From the NCBI RefSeq assembly GCF_044704955.1, contig NC_091994.1, positions 20,026,001 through 20,090,000 on the forward strand: a stretch of DNA of 64,000 nucleotides. Reading direction: 5' to 3'. Shown here piece by piece: positions 62,388 to 64,000 of this stretch (the first letter of the stretch is position 1; the number at the start of each line of letters is the position of its first letter). A model generated the notes under the pieces. It saw only the letters and a program-made list of their open reading frames with translations, made no database searches and was not told where the DNA came from. The DNA is from Pristiophorus japonicus. Taxonomy: Eukaryota. The translations under genes and the position numbers were made by a program.

Positions 62388-63000
62388 ATCATCATCATAG
62401 GCAGTCCCTCAAAGCGAGGATGACTTTCTTCCACACCAAAAAGGGATGAGTTCACAGGTGTTTCAATGAAGGACCTAATATTCCAGGTCCCGAACTACAG
62501 TTCCTACTATGCTGCGTTGGTCCTATCTATTTCCTATCTATAAGTAAAGGACCTGTGAACACTTGGGGAAATTGGTCCAAGTATGTTGACACAGCTGTAA
62601 GTCTTCTTTCTCGGAAAAAAACAGTTCTGGAATGAAGGGTGGAAGATGCCTGTGCATTGATTTTTTTAACATGTGGTGGCCATTGCACACCGGCCACCAC
62701 ATGGGCTTAACAGAGCTAGGTCTTGGTCCAGTGGCAAGGATTAACCAAGATGACTGGAGACCAGCTCTGCTGCACAGACCTAGCACACACACATATCGCA
62801 GTGTGGGCTGGCCCATGCTGCCCCTGGGCCCTCGCCTCTTCTGGGCCCCAAACTCACACCTCTCTTAGGCCCCGATCACATCCCTCTACAAACTCTTGCT
62901 GCTTCTTCACCCCTCGTGCTGTGCCCGCCCACACTGCAATCAGCGATTTGGCTTCGCAGCCGTCGCTCTCCTGCAGCAACACGCGCTTTAAGCAGCGTGT
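62388..63000 (-). mobile_element. Non-coding RTE-tailed element (probably non-autonomous)
   Basis: Shares only the terminal ~45 nt (catcatcataggcagtccctc..gagga.gact..cttcca) with the RTE copies; the rest has no RT or finger coding. Confidence 0.55.
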
Positions 63001-63594
63001 TTGAAGACCAGTGTCCCTGACTGCCTGTCTTCCTGGAACCAGTGACAGTGCAATCCTTGCAGTGATGTATTTTGTGCATGTGCTTGGCCGAAACTATGAC
63101 AGCTAATCTGTCCATGTACAATGTACTTTGTAGCTGGTTCCACAGAAACCGGCTATATTACTTGCAGTTAAATATTGAAGATAGGTGTACTTAAGTCCTG
63201 AGACCCAGCCTATGATATAAAAGTAGCATGATATGAAAATTGCTGTTCGCACTCTAGTCTTGCTAAGTAAATATGCAAAGCCAATTTAGTTCTAGCCAAC
63301 TTAGTTCTAGAAACTGGATAAACCTGCTGCAGAATTTACATTCCCTTGGCAAAGAATTTGGTTTAGGTTGGCACAGAAATTGCCTCAAGGTGTTGCAGAA
63401 TCCATGGGGCCCTGTCTAAATGCTGTCACGTGATGAGATTATTAGTAAACATGGTTCCAAATTTATGTTCCCAATATCTTGTTTTATCTCTCCATCATCT
63501 CCCTGAACTCCTTGACTATTGTTGTGCTTTTTCTTCCAATGTCAAGTTGCATATGAGCCAAAGCTTAGTTAACACTTGCAAGACCAAAGTTAAT

Positions 63595-64000
63595 GGGCCG
63601 GATTTTGCTGTAATAATAACAGGGAAGCCATCAGCGTTCAACATTATTACTGGATACATCTGACAGCAACTTCCGCACATGCGCACAGTTAAACACGGAA
63701 ATCCAGAAGTTGCTGTCAGAGATACCCTGCTCCTCCACAGGGTGCACTGTTACAGTCTGCGCCAATAGACTCAGCACTGGAATCACTGTAATAGCGTGAA
63801 CTTGGAGTACATACCCATTAGTCCTGCACTAAACGTGGCTGGTGTATTTAGGTATAAGTAAGTTATTACGGGTAAGTGATAATTACTGCAGAACAACCTC
63901 TCTGGTCCTGAAAAAAATAATTTTACAAGTGTTGAATTTCATTCCCTCAGAAGATAATTAATGCTGCAGATATAAATTAAAATATATTTTTTTAACTTTT
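63595..64000. mobile_element. Harbinger-like non-autonomous element, running off the window
   Basis: Starts GGGCCGGATTTT; homologous fragment at 9190-9460; internal 15-bp inverted repeat. Confidence 0.55.

Overview
This is eukaryotic, vertebrate genomic DNA. The repeat families (DeuSINE/SacSINE1-like SINEs, RTE and CR1 LINEs, Harbinger-type MITEs, a Penelope-type terminal repeat) point to a cartilaginous fish, probably a shark; this is an inference. The only host protein-coding gene I can support is midnolin (MIDN) on the minus strand. It has 7 coding exons with GT-AG boundaries and consistent phases: 57037-56826, 56574-56487, 56373-56311, 43761-43375, 41750-41633, 40776-40501, 31283-31021. 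These total 1407 nt (468 aa) and encode the Ubl, Catch and C-terminal helix domains. The gene also has a ~2.9 kb 3'UTR, a 5'UTR with a single uORF, and a probable non-coding first exon with a CpG-rich promoter near 59.1-59.6 kb. The region from 1 to 27 kb is dense in nested transposons. The most striking non-genic observations are: (i) a complete 193-bp fold-back element with a 15-bp target-site duplication and a hammerhead-ribozyme core in its loop (5314-5506); (ii) an RTE LINE with a twin-priming-type 5' inversion and a hairpin at the junction (24429-25738); (iii) a ~3.2 kb insertion bracketed by a 204-bp duplication, where the two copies join different RTE subfamilies at the same nucleotide (18531-22675), carrying a decayed Harbinger Myb/SANT gene. 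Most ORFs in the track are spurious or transposon-derived. Repeat boundaries are approximate unless a TSD or TIR is quoted.
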